A stretch of DNA of 63,599 nt, filler included, from Basidiobolus meristosporus CBS 931.73 (Eukaryota > Fungi > Basidiobolomycota), in the NCBI GenBank assembly GCA_002104905.1. It is 4 parts of 4 records of this genome, joined end to end, with 100 filler letters (N's around TTAATTAATTAA, not from the genome) between each part and the next. Parts side by side here need not be neighbours in the genome. Positions count along the whole stretch, not along the records: positions 13,411 to 33,422 come from MCFE01001016.1; positions 33,523 to 54,994 come from MCFE01000989.1; 2 more parts are not named here. One strand, written 5' to 3'. A model generated the notes under the pieces. It was not told the origin of the DNA. It searched no databases and saw only the letters and a program-made list of their open reading frames with translations. Position 1 is the first letter of the stretch. The number at the start of each line of letters is the position of its first letter. Positions 32,737 to 45,400 of this stretch are shown here, one piece after another. Position numbers and translations under genes: made by a program.

Positions 32737-32880
32737 ATTCCTAGAAAGCTAGGTCTGAGAGATATCTTCCTGGTAAGCCAGGTCTGAGAGTTGAGAAGCT
32801 GAGTGGTACTATATTTCCTAGTTAGCTAGGTCTGAGAGAGGTTTCCTGGAAAGCCAGGCCTGAGAAGTGAGAATCTGAAT
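32737..32880. repeat. Degenerate subtelomeric tandem repeat (four copies of TTCCTRG..AGCYAGGYCTGAGA)
   Basis: GCTAGGTCTGAGA, GCCAGGTCTGAGA, GCTAGGTCTGAGA and GCCAGGCCTGAGA at alternating spacing of about 29 and 48 nt. Confidence 0.55.
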
Positions 32881-33179
32881 ATATCTGAGCTAAGTTATAC
32901 TGGTTTGCGGTAGCTGAATTGTGGCCGGAATGGCCAGTAGACTGGGGCAACTGAGAGGAATTTCTGGGCGATCACTAGCCAAATTTACTAGGCAAATCTG
33001 GCCAATTAGCATTTCAAGGATTTCAGCCAATCAGAGCCTTTACTTTGCCCGATGGTTGATCAAGCCATCTCCCAATGAGCACACATCAATTTATTAATCA
33101 AATTTTGCTGGATCCAGGATTTGAACCCACAACCATGGGTATGGAAGGGTTAGGGATAACCACAAGGCTGTGTTCTTGG

Positions 33180-33422
33180 TTAGGGTTAGGGTTAGGGTTA
33201 GGGTTAGGGTTAGGGTTAGGGTTAGGGTTAGGGTTAGGGTTAGGGTTAGGGTTAGGGTTAGGGTTAGGGTTAGGGTTAGGGTTAGGGTTAGGGTTAGGGT
33301 TAGGGTTAGGGTTAGGGTTAGGGTTAGGGTTAGGGTTAGGGTTAGGGTTAGGGTTAGGGTTAGGGTTAGGGTTAGGGTTAGGGTTAGGGTTAGGGTTAGG
33401 GTTAGGGTTAGGGTTAGGGTTT
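33180..33422 (+). repeat. Telomeric repeat (TTAGGG)n, about 40 copies, at the contig end
   Basis: Perfect array with the G-rich strand running toward the contig end. Confidence 0.98.
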
Positions 33423-34910
33423 NNNNNNNNNNNNNNNNNNNNNNNNNNNNNNNNNNNNNNNNNNNNTTAATTAATTAANNNNNNNNNNNNNNNNNNNNNN
33501 NNNNNNNNNNNNNNNNNNNNNNAATCCATGTTGAGACATTTACTGGTGGTCTCAAATGGTGGAAGCCTTAGCATGGCCATGGAAATCCCCATCTTGGGAA
33601 CAGCGGGATCAGCATGGACATTTCAAAATGCTCCCTTGACTTTGAAATGTATTGAATGGATGACTGAAGTGTCAAACCAAGCCTTGAAAACAGAAACGTC
33701 TGTGTTGTGCGTCAAGGAATCGCAAGCACAACTGCTACCGAACAAGATATTTCCAGGATGGACATGCAGAGAATCATTGCAAATGCAGCGGGAGCTATTT
33801 TCGACTAATTGTTTGTTACACTGGATGGGGGCTGACTGATCTTTCCCAACGGAAAGGATGGGGATGTGCATCTTTGGCCCCAACTCTCAAGGAGCAAGAT
33901 CATCGAGAAATCCTAGTGATACTGGGAGAAGTGGGAAGCTATGATGTAATTGACTCGTCAAAGCCCACATAACGACTGATTTCCCCAGTGTAACCTTGAA
34001 ATACTCTGGGGTCGGTGTCCACCAATAAATCTTCCCACCACTGAGCATTGTAGATGGCAGTCACGAACACCACTTCTAGCTAGCTTTGTGGCCCTAGTTG
34101 CGCATGATCCACTCTCAGACATATTCATCAACACGCAGATCTAGATTTCTGGCGTCTGCGCAAAAACCTACCTATGCGCCATCACCCTCCTCCTTGCATG
34201 GACGCCTGTCCGATGATTGGAGGCGATCTACAACGTAGAAGTTTGGAATAGTCCCAACCATGACGATCTGTTGACACATCGAAAAATACCACAACGATGA
34301 TTCCACAAGAGCCTCTCTTTTGCCTCAGCTGCACCTGGTGCGTGTTACATAGACGCTGGCCACACTTTACCGGTTCGAGAAACGAGCTCGACCCAGGTTC
34401 TTGAATGAACGGGAAATCCCATAACTTTGTGGCTGTTCGTTCACACCATCAGCCGGAATTCGCTTGCTAACCAGTGTGATACGCCAACCAGCAAAAGCTT
34501 GCGAACTTCGCCTCGTGGCAGCTCACATTTGGCCGGACTTGACTATCGTATCGGCTGTTGGTGTCCTGTTCAAGCCAGGATGTCGGAATGAAACAGCCCT
34601 CAGAATCCGCAGATACCCCCGTCTGGAGGGCACCAGACAAACGTCAAGTTGTGGTGTTCTACAGCACAACGGCAGCTTTGGTTACCAAGTGGGGTTTATT
34701 TTCTTCGAACTAACGGGCATAAAAGAGGGGTATTTGAGGGGGAAATAAATTATTTACATCAAGAAATTAGTACTTTTGGGTGGTTGCGTATACGCTGTTG
34801 ATACAATGCAAGAGAGCAAGGCAAAGGGGAGCAGCAGGTGAAGCCAAAGCCGGTCACGAGCAGCACTGCCAAATATCTTTGATTCATCGTGGTAGATATT
34901 TCCTGGGTTC

Positions 34911-36462
34911 CTATCGCTTCAGGAACTCCAACAGCGCTGCCATCATTTCCACCTGGCGTTCTTGGAGCTTGATCTTCTTCTGTCGGTGCTGCTCCCTCCG
35001 CTCCAGCTTCTGCTTCAAGAAATCCATGTGATCTTGGTGCTTCTTCTGCAAGAAATTCAGGTAGTCTTCGGAGCGTGAGAGCTCGCAGGCGTGCTCGGGT
35101 AGATCATGCCATTTGCGCTTCTCCGTGCTCATGGGGACAGGGCTCTGTCGTGGGGAGATATAGGAAACATCGCTAAGCTGGGAATCAGCATGATTTGGAT
35201 CCATCGATTCTATTATCTGATGATCACTGGCCTGTGAGTTGGACAAGGAAAGGGCCGTGATGCTATGTTCCGTGGACTGAAAACCACGCGAGGTAACTTC
35301 GGAGGCTGGGAATGTGTTCATGGCTATCTCGCCGTAAGATACTTGGACTGAATGAGTGGGATTTTCTGGGATGCTTGCTGCACCAGCAACTGCTCCATTA
35401 GGTGTCGACGCGCCACTGGGCACGCCGATCGCGCTGGCATTGTTGGTGGTATTGAAATGGACTGGCTGGGTATTGCCAACAACCATGTGTTGTGGAGTAG
35501 CGGGTCCGGGGATATGACTATACTGTGGCTGCTGCTGCTGCTGTTGCTGTTGTTGTTGATTGTGTTGCTGATGTTGATGCTGCTGGATGGCCTGTTGTAT
35601 CGTTTGCTGTTGTTGCGCCTGATGTGCTTGCTGCTGTGTCAGTTGCTGAAGCTGCTGTTGCTGTACTTGGGCCTGCAAGGGCGCTTGCTGAGGTTGAGCA
35701 TTGCTATCGAAACCAATATTCCCTGGGTTGTGGGTCTGTGGTATGGTTGGAGAAAGACCCTGTCCCTGGGCTGGGAGACCATTTCCGTCAACGGGCTGAT
35801 TCCTCATAGACACTGGCACCGAAGCACGTCGCACTCTAATCGCGTTCATGTCCTCAAAGTAGTCGTCGGTTTTTTTCGCGCTTCCTGGCTGGCTATTATG
35901 TTGTAAAATTTCCTAAGAAACAAAGACATTTAGCGTGCTGCTGCATGGAATACCGGGAAGCAAATCCACCCCGCTGCGAGTGAATACCTTGTACTTTCTC
36001 TCCAGAGTTTTCCAGCGGTTCCGGCATTGCTCAGCTGAGCGGTTGAAGCCTGCTTCTAGCATTCTGCGGTGAAGTCTTTCCCATACGGTAGCGTTCCTCT
36101 TCATGCTTTCAAAGTACTCGCGGTGCTCACCGTACAGCTTTATCAGGTATTTTGTTTCGTCGTGGCGCCAGTTTTCGCTATACCTGGACGTGCCCTTCAC
36201 CGGGGACGGGCTCTTGTCTGGGGATAAGGCTGGTTAGTGTCGGTCCGCTGCACTAAAAGCTAGCAGCAATATTACCAAAGGCTGGAATGGCGGTTCCTGC
36301 CATTTGTGGGGTTCCGTCGGGAGTGGAACGCAGAGCAGAATGGGCTTGGGATTGGAGAAGGAGGTCTTGCGGGGCACAAGGGGAGCCAGAAAGGGCGTTG
36401 GCGATGGTGCCCGATACATTCGGGACCTGTGTAAATAAGGTAGAGGAGGACGTAGAACTCAT
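34911..36462 (-). CDS. Trihelix/Myb-SANT-like DNA-binding protein with poly-Gln tract and C-terminal coiled coil (3 exons)
   Basis: WRHDETKYLI...VWERLHRRM...RSAEQCRNRWKTLERKYK|EILQ...DYFEDM; GT-AG introns join ORFs 36253-36549, 35913-36200 and 34911-35849 in frame. Confidence 0.8.
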
Positions 36463-39400
36463 AGAGTAACTAAAGTATCGCCAAGTGGAAAGAGCAGAGT
36501 GCGATAGAAACCGAGTGAATGTATTATGGAAGACTGGGAGGGGGTGCAATGCCTTCTGATAGAATTTGTCGGCGAATCCTAGTACAGAGTGTTCTCGTTT
36601 ACTGCAGGCTCCCCTGGTAATATCTATTCCAATGAAATACGGGGACCCGAGTTATTCTATTCATTTGTGCACGGAGTAATTTATCTGCTCTTGATCTAAA
36701 ACAGATGGATACAAGCCCTGTGCACAAGTCCAATCTACACGATGTGGTCAATCAATCATTCCTACATCAATAATTGGCAGCCCAATGACCAATGCCCGCT
36801 CTACGGTCGCTCCGATTAAAAAGTGCTAATGGAGATTTGAGAACAGGAAGATGTATACCAGCCTGTAAGGCGAGTGCGTGCAGTTTTCACAGAGACCGTA
36901 CATGTGGTTGTCTAGACTCCGTTTAAGGCGACTGCAAACGAGTTTCAGTCTCAATCAAAACGTCGCATCTGGCGATGAGGGAACCAACCGCCATGCCGCC
37001 GCGGACCAGAGCAGCGATCAACAACGCACCACCGTCGTCCATGAGACAACTTGGATAGCGCAGGCACAGCCAATCAGCAAGCCCCTCTGGATCAATGGGT
37101 TGGGGAAGTGAGTCCACTAATGTGGTGTCGACACCGGAACACTGTGCTATCCTTGATCACTGGGGATATCGATATATTACGCATCAGTATATTGTGACAT
37201 ACAGAAGAGCCGAGCCGTCTGATTGAATAGATCCTCTCTGTTGCAAGGTATTATGAAATACGGAATCCGTCTCACCTCCCGGCCATATTTGGCAGTCGGA
37301 TTGCTTGCTGGAATAGGTGCCAGCCATGCAGCGGTGGCAGGTGGGATTACTATTCCCAACCGCTTGACATATATGGTGCCTGTCTTTTCCACGCGTTGCT
37401 CTCGAAATCACGAACGCTAGCCAGATGCCGAATCATATCCTCAACCTCATGGTTGCCATATATGGGGTTGGAGATATGATAGATAGTGTTCCTAAACAAT
37501 CAACCATTGAAATACTGTATTGTAGAAGGAGGATCAATTATTCATGTATACCTCCCATATCAGATTAGGGTAGCGAGGTTACCCCATGCTGGTGATGAGG
37601 ATTTAGGCTGTTGGTTGCTCACTATTGGGCAGTGTGGCATTGCCCTTCGCTTCAGGACCTCGCCCGCCGCTCACATGGATGGCTCCTGTGCCCGCATGTC
37701 CGCGCGACTTCACAGACAAGCCCATCCGGCGCTCTGAGTGAGGGCCCGGTATCACCGACGCCCTGCTGACTCCAGCTAGCCTTTTCACATCGTAGCCCTT
37801 GCCCACTCCACTTTCGTCTTCATGTCAGACAAGACTTTACGTATCCTCCGTTGGCGGAAGACACGCGGGGCTTGTGCCCATTCTCATTGGGGGATGGTAT
37901 GTTTTCGATTGGATTCCAGCTTCTACTCTAGCTCAGATAAAGTGTCCATCACCCCGTTACACAGCACGCTAAATGATCACTTTCGGTTTGTGCGAGGTGT
38001 GGTTTGGGGGCAGATAAGGCATAGCCTTGAAAATCTACCACGTTGGATGCACCGAGCAAACCAAATCTAGCCCACCATCAGAGTTCGCATTGCCGACCTT
38101 CTAGCATGAAACTTGAAATTTATGAGCAAGATGAAGATCAGGCGGAACAAGGGTGCTTGGCAAACCAAACTCTGCTAGGCACGGGCCAATCACAGCGGAT
38201 GTGATGTGGATGCGAGAATCCTGAACCACCCTCAGTAAACAGAGGCATTTACCTTTCCGGAAACCCATTTCAAAGCCGTTTCCCATGCTTCATGGGGTTT
38301 AAAGGAGGATGCCATTGACGTATGGTGACTGATTTCTAAGACCACCCCTTCGTTGTGTTGGTGACGACGTAAACATGTTCCACAGCTGCTTTCTCCTGAA
38401 GGGGCATTTGGATGATGGAACTTCAGGTGATCAGAGTAGGAGCAGTGAGGGTTGGCGGCATCTGCCCCAATGAAATCACCGATCTGCCATGTTGTCCAAT
38501 GCGACGACTTGGGTTAAAATTACGGAACCTGTGTTTGACGTAGTGAGCCTAACATGTCACATCAAGGACAACGGTTGATGCCAAGCGATGTAGAACGTGA
38601 TATTTGAGCCCGATTACAAAGTAATTTATTAGTGCTACTCGGGAATTTCGCAAGAACCCACATACTCCCGAGGGTTGAAGAGAGCGGCGCTGTGACGTTA
38701 CTCCAGCTCCTATACCCCTAATAGCATCTTGCAAGAGGAGCAATGTGGCACTAGCCCTAGCCCTAGCCCTTACTTCACCACCCCACCCCACCCCGCCGTT
38801 GCCCATCCCTTTCCAAAACATAAACTGAATGATCTGTACTCTGGGGTTTATATGGGCAACCAACACTCTTCGTAGCACCCGCACTGGTTGGTTTCTGTGT
38901 GCTGTCAAATTCCCATTCAGGAACGCGACTAATACGAGAGCCATCCACCGCGATATCGAGCCGTTACTTGCAGATACTATGGGAATGTGGGTCAATGTAG
39001 ATGAAATTCCAGTATGTATGGCCACCGAAAATTGCTGCTACATTGAACAGGACCTTGGTCCTAATAAATATAGCAATGCTAACCATAAAAGTCTCGGATT
39101 ACATAATTTCCATTACCAATTGCATTGGGAGATTAATAATCTTGTCATTCGAAGCAGCGAGCTGGGAATCCCACACAATGCAGCAATCAATACAGATTCG
39201 ACAATGCATGTGATATTAGTGGCGCATGAATTGGTATACCTGTCGAGTATCATTGACAAAAATGTCGCTTGACGGCCCTGAAAAATTTCATTGCAGCCTA
39301 GTATGGAATCTTGATAATATTCCTATTTCGAGCCAGGGTTCGTGTCGACATCAGCCAATGGGTTCCGGAAGCCCTCCGCGCGAAAGGTGCCAAAAGTATT

Positions 39401-40077
39401 TGCCCGGCAAACTATACGTGGCGCAGGTGATTTGATATTCATGTTATTTCGGGGATGATTAGCTCTCTTGATATGGGGGCCGTTCCTGACAGCTGGGTGG
39501 CGCCGTGCTATCGGTGCAGTAAATCCCTAGCTACTCCCCAAATGCGGCCGGTGGGGCATCTCCCGTGAGAGCTGCAAAGGGGCCGCTGAAGGCGCACGAA
39601 TTCGCTTTGGCACTTGAAACCAGCAGAAAGCGATGCTATACGACGGACTAGGGGTGTAACTCGCCACAGCTTTTTATTTGCGTTCATGCTGGCTGTCATA
39701 GCCATGATGACAGGTAGAAACCCCCTCGAGCGACCTTTCACAACAGTGGCTCAAGCCAATCGAATGGCTTTAGCGCTGCTGCCTACACTTTAGGGAATTT
39801 TTTTCACTCGGTAATGCTCAAATACTGTTGAAATCAACCCCTACCCCACTTCACTGATTGGGGCTCAAGCAATGCGCATCCAATCACCATTCGTGCGTGG
39901 TCATTGGCCAACGCTGGCAGCTACGGGTAGACAGGTATAATAGAATAGGTGGCGTCTTAAAGATACTGCACACCCGATTCATTTTTATAGATCTCTTGAG
40001 GCGAGCACTGATCGTCGCTCTCTACTCTCCCTTCGTCTCTCTTTTGCTTCTTCCCCCAGTCCACATTATAATACCCG

Positions 40078-41237
40078 ATGTTCTTCCGCAACGCTCTACG
40101 CCAGACCGCTCGTTCAGGTACTTTTTCAGCCTCACGGTGTGCCACATCAGACGTGGGCGCATTTCACCTTCGCCATCGCGTATTCCCTGCCCCTCGTTAA
40201 CCCATCGCTTTGCAGTACGTAGCTTCTCTTCTACCACCGCCACCCGCAGCTATGAGGATACTGCCAAGAACATGTTGATCAACAAAAACACCCGTGTGAT
40301 CTGCCAAGGATTCACTGGCAAGCAGGTATGGATCTGAGGCTTCATTCTGCCACTGAGACTCGGGAAATTCATCGATGTCCACTTCATTGTCCAGGGTACC
40401 TTCCACTCCTCTCAAGCCATTGAGTATGGCACCAACATGGTCGGTGGTGTCTCCCCCAAGAAGGCCGGTCAAACCCACTTGGGCCTTCCCGTGTACGGCA
40501 GTGTCGCCGAAGCTGTCCGTGAGGCCAAGCCTGATGCCAGTGTGATCTACGTTCCTCCCCCAGGTGCCGCTGCCGCCATTTTGGAGGCCATCGAGAACGA
40601 GATCCCTCTTGTCGTTGCCATTACCGAGGGGGTTCCCCAGAAGGACATGGTTCGCGTTGTCAAGGCATTGAAGAGCCAAAGCAAGACCAGATTGATTGGC
40701 CCTAACTGCCCTGGTATCATCGCTCCTGACGCTTGCAAGATCGGCATCATGCCCGGCCACATCCACAAGAGAGGCAAGATCGGTATTGTCTCCCGCTCCG
40801 GCACCTTGACCTATGAGGCCGTCAACCAAACCACTCAAGTTGGACTTGGCCAAACCCTGTGCGTCGGTATTGGCGGTGATCCATTCAACGGTACCAACTT
40901 CATCGACTGCCTCAAGGTATTCTTGGAGGATCCCGAAACCGAGGGCATCATTCTTATTGGTGAGATCGGTGGATCTGCCGAAGAGCAAGCTGCCGAGTAC
41001 TTGATCCAACACAACTTCAGCAAGCCCAACCCCAAGCCCGTTGTGTCTTTCATTGCCGGCTTGACTGCTCCTCCCGGTCGTAGAATGGGCCATGCCGGTG
41101 CTATCATTGCTGGTGGCAAGGGTGGAGCCAACGATAAGATCGAAGCTTTGGAAAGGGCCGGAGTGGTTGTTTCCAGATCCCCCGCTAAGCTCGGTACTCT
41201 GATGAAGGAGGCCATGGTCAACGCCGGTAGAGCCTAA
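40078..41237 (+). CDS. LSC1: Succinyl-CoA ligase alpha subunit, mitochondrial (3 exons)
   Basis: Presequence [23 protein letters not shown]|[30 protein letters not shown]. Confidence 0.97.
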
Positions 41238-41612
41238 TTTCATCCCATCTACCAGCGAGTGAAACATAGATTGGGCTTGACGGAGTTGCCGAAAGATCAA
41301 TTTTTCTCTTCACGATCCGAACGTGGTTCCGCGTTGACAGCCCAGCAGATTAGCACATGAATTGTTTACCAAGTATAGATCTTCACCCTGTTCCATCCCT
41401 CATGTATCCGCAACAAAATAAACCATTGCGTAGTGTTTAATATCATGGACTTGGGCGATCGGCATATAGAACAAAGTGTGACCCCGGCCTACCAGCCTGG
41501 TGGGCCAAACCGGCTATGCCCGGTTGTCAGCTTGATGGTGATCCTTTCAAGAATTTATTCCATAACATTCTCTATGTTGTACATTGGCTGATCAAAACAA
41601 CTACGTTGGGGA

Positions 41613-42423
41613 TCATTGTGGTTCGGATTTCATCTTCCTCTTGGCTACCTTGGCGCTCAGTTCTCGGGTATACCTCACAAACTCCTCCGGTGAGCACTGG
41701 CTATCCGGCGGCCCCTCTCCCGTCTCCCCCAGCTTCTGCTCGATCCGCAGAAGCACCGGCAGGAGGCCCGCCTTCACCTGGTTCAGATAGCTGAGCAGCT
41801 CCGAGTTGCGGGACTGCGTCTGTTTGAACTCCTGCTTGGCCGCCTCAATCTGGATCTGGGAAAGTTTCGTTCGTCTACGCAGCTCCTCGATCTCTCCCGC
41901 TTGCTCTTGATTTCTGTGTTTGGCTCTTTTGTACTCTTGCTCAGAATCTTTGGTAAAATCGGTTAGTTCACTCTTGCTAGGGCGAAAATCAAGGGAAAGC
42001 GGGAGAGGGCTCTCCTCCTGCGCGACTAAACCTCTACAGCCGTTGTGCTACACTTACTCTGATGGTACTGGCGAAATTCCTCTGAAAATATAGAGAACGA
42101 CAAGTTCGTGGTCTTGAGGTAGGCGGAGTCTTCGTCTGTAGCAAACTTGTCAGTATACGTCAGCCTGGAAGCCCATCAAGTGTCTTCAACCCGCAGACAG
42201 TTGGGTGGTCGTGAATTATGCCTGTCGTTACTTACCAGAACTTTCGAAAAGGGACAGATTGACGCTTGCCTGTGGATACTCCTAAGAAAAAACCAGGTTA
42301 CTAGGGGTGTCGAAGGCGGGGGGACTGCTTGGGCTGGTAGGGAATTGCGACGAAGTTGAGAAATCAGTTGTGCGTATACCGCGTAGAAACTACCTCATCA
42401 GAAACAATGGATAGTCCGGACAT
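41613..42423 (-). CDS. Coiled-coil protein paralog A (4 exons)
   Basis: MSGLSIVSDE|EYPQASVNLSLFESS|DEDSAYLKTTNLSFSIFSEEFRQYHQ|NSEQEYKRAK...KMKSEPQ; all introns GT-AG and in phase with paralog B. Confidence 0.75.
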
Positions 42424-45400
42424 GGAAAAAAACACGGTTCTCAAGCGGTCGAAGAATGATGGTGGGTAGCTGTGACTGTTAAGATAACGCCGTGGTGGAT
42501 AGCGCAGGACTATATGAAACAACTAAGCAATCTGCTGCAAGCGGATCAAGAGTGACTCAAAAGAATGCCCATTGGCGGAAACCCCCAAGACCATCGCCAT
42601 TGGTTCAAAAATATATAGAAAACTCAAGTCACACTGTTACGGTGGGTGTTCACCAAAATCATCGATTCCCTTTTCTCTCGTGCATGAGCACATCAATTAA
42701 TGCCCATCAAACCTCAATTCTCTTGGAACCCTAGTGGTGGGTCTCCGCGTGCACCGTGATTGGGCAGTCCTTCGACGCAGCAAGATGGCTAACCTGAGAG
42801 TTAACACAAGCAGAGCATCACGACATTTATTCACTGCATAATAGACAAACATGAGGCTTCTCCACAAGCGGATCGACTGAAAAGCGGTCGTTTTGCGTTC
42901 ACCCCAACCACGACCGAAAGGGTCCACGAAATTAAATTAATATGCCATCGGGTGGCTTTGGTATAAAGATCTCTAGCGTTATATTGAAAGATGGGCCATT
43001 GATGGCCGGTCTAGCAGAGCAAAAAGAAGTTCCGGTTCTCACGAACATCATACTTTCCTAATTCATCTAGCATTCAAAACTAAAAATGGACGTCATTACG
43101 GGGTTTCAGGACTTAAATAGGAATTGGGTAGGTATCGTTGGTGCGATCAATCTCGTAGAAGCGAGGGGTTTGGCGAATACGGAGGGCCGACTCCAAAGCA
43201 TACGCATATCCCATCAATTTTGCTTCGGTCCAGGCGGTGCCCACGAACATGATTCCGTAGGGCACTCCGTTGCTGTCGAGGCCGACTGGGGTGGTGATGG
43301 CGGGGTATCCAGCCACCGAGTGGGGCTGACTGGCGGCGGAGGCTTGGTCTCCAGGCAACAACAAGGCGTCCAACTTCCATTTCTTCAAGGCGAAGTCGAT
43401 GCCCAATTGGCGGGAGTTCCTCTGGTTGGTAGCCAATGCCTTGTAGTAGGCCTTGTTCTTTCCATTGGTTTGCTGAGACTCGATAAGGATGTCTTGGCCG
43501 AAGAACTGCATTTCGGTGTCCTTGTGTGCCTCGTTGTAGTCGATGATGTCTTGGAGGGAGCGGACTGGGGATTCGACCAATTCGGACAGGTACTTGTTCA
43601 AATCTTCCTTGAAGTCAATCTTGGAGACAAGGAACTCGTTGGGCATCCAGGACCAGTAGGTGGTGGCGAGCTCGTCAATCTTTGGAAGATTGGTGTTGTT
43701 GACGATGGTGGCTCCAAGGGATCTCAGAACACCGATGGTTTTCTTGAAAGTGGGCATCATGGGGACGGTGGTTTCGGCTTGCCAGAGGATCTTGTGAGGG
43801 ATGCCGATCCTGACGCCTTGAAGGGCGTTCTTGGTAAGGTACTTGGTGTAATCCTCTTTACGCTGATTCGTGGTTACAGGATCGCGTTTGTCGACTCCAG
43901 ATATGACGTTGAGCACGTAGGCGGCGTCCTTCACGCTCTTGGCGAGGACGCCAACAGTATCCAAGGAGGAGGACAAAGGAATCACCCCGTTACGTGAGGT
44001 CAATCCGCGTGTGGGGCGGATGCCCGCCAGCATGTTACGATTGCCGGGCGAGGTGACGGAGCCATCGGTATCGGTTCCGAGTGCCACAGTAACCAAATTG
44101 GCACCGACAGCAGCACCGGAGCCGGAGGAGGATCCTCCGGCATTCTGAGTGAGGTTGTAGGGACTGCGGCATTGGCCTCCGCGTCCGGACCATCCCTCGG
44201 AATAGCTGCTCGCTCTCATATCGGCGAACTCCGACATATTTGCCTTTCCAAGAATGATGGCGCCTGCCTTGCGCAAAAGCATTACAACGTGAGCGTCGCG
44301 AGGCACTTTGCTGCCGACCAACGACAGGGAGCCCGCGCCGGTGGACATCTTGTCGTCGGTGGCGATGTTGTCCTTGACAATGATGGGGATGCCGTGGAGC
44401 GGTCCGCGGGGACCTTTCTCCTTGCGTTCGCAGTCCAAATCGTCAGCAATCTGCAGCACATCTGGGTTGGTCTCGATGACCGCCCGAATATGGGGATTGA
44501 TCTGTTTGATACGAGCGAGGTAGCATTGAACTATCTGGCGAGAAGTCAGACGGCCTTGTTTCAGGTACGTCTGGATCTGGTCGATGGAGGCCTCCTCCAA
44601 CTTGACTCCCCCGCACTTGGGCATCACCCAGCGCGAGTCTACCGCAGCCATCAGATTGGGGCTTAGGGTGTCTGGAGTGACGCTTTGGAGAGCCTCGGCT
44701 TGGGCAAAAGCCAGAAGGGCAAATGGAATGAGTGTCAGTAATTGACCGGTTAACATGGCAAGAATGAGCTGATCACATCCTTCCGAGAGGCAGGCAGCGG
44801 CATTTATATCGAATGCTAGCTCATCGGTCAAGGTCGGCTCGGATCCACTTTTAAGACAAATCAGGAACCATTCGACGGCTAGTATTGGCGCTTGGATGGA
44901 TCGTGATGAAGATCAACTGGATGGTGGCACAATCCTCATTCACTCAAGGTCCACCAATGCTACGCCAATAGATGACAGTTCAGCAGCGCTGGCAATTGAG
45001 GCAAGAGGGTTGAGATGCGGCAAATATCAGATATCTTGCATCGTTGAATACAGTGGGGATCGTCCAAAACAGTCGTCGATCCACGAATCCTATTTGATGA
45101 AGGGCTGCATTGGATGCAGCTTCGTGAAGATTGCTAGTTAGCGCTGGAGCAGTGGAATTTCTCATCCGCCTTGCATTGAAGCTCCTCGGAATTCTAGAAG
45201 CGCTGGAGTGGGAACCATTGCGATCCGTATCGGCCATCCGTGTTACGCCGGCCATGACTGACGACCACTCTCGAATGATCGATCATCTATGAATTATCAA
45301 GTGTAATTCGCTGACAATCGTTGTGCTACCATCATGCAGAGGCAGCAAAACAAATCTCGCGGAACCGGTTCTTAGCGAAGATTTTTTCCCTGCAGATGCC

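Noticed and set aside
33075-33478. ORFs with GLGLGL and VRVRVR repeats
   Set aside because: Translations of the TTAGGG array running into Ns; no evidence of expression
33523-33960. Stop-riddled protein-like frame at the start of contig 3
   Set aside because: May be a decayed gene or transposon, but no motif was recognised
38790-39240. Minus-strand protein-like stretch (RVPEWEFDSTQKP...TKSVGCPYKP)
   Set aside because: Interrupted by stops; only vague resemblance to glutamine synthetase or Mutator/FAR1 motifs; cannot be assigned
40197-41300. 367-aa minus-strand ORF
   Set aside because: Antisense shadow of LSC1 caused by codon bias; the same applies to 43086-43997, 47531-48115 and 35352-35906
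43113-44756. Amidase as a horizontally acquired gene
   Set aside because: Lack of introns alone is insufficient; this secreted amidase type is common in fungi and no phylogeny could be run
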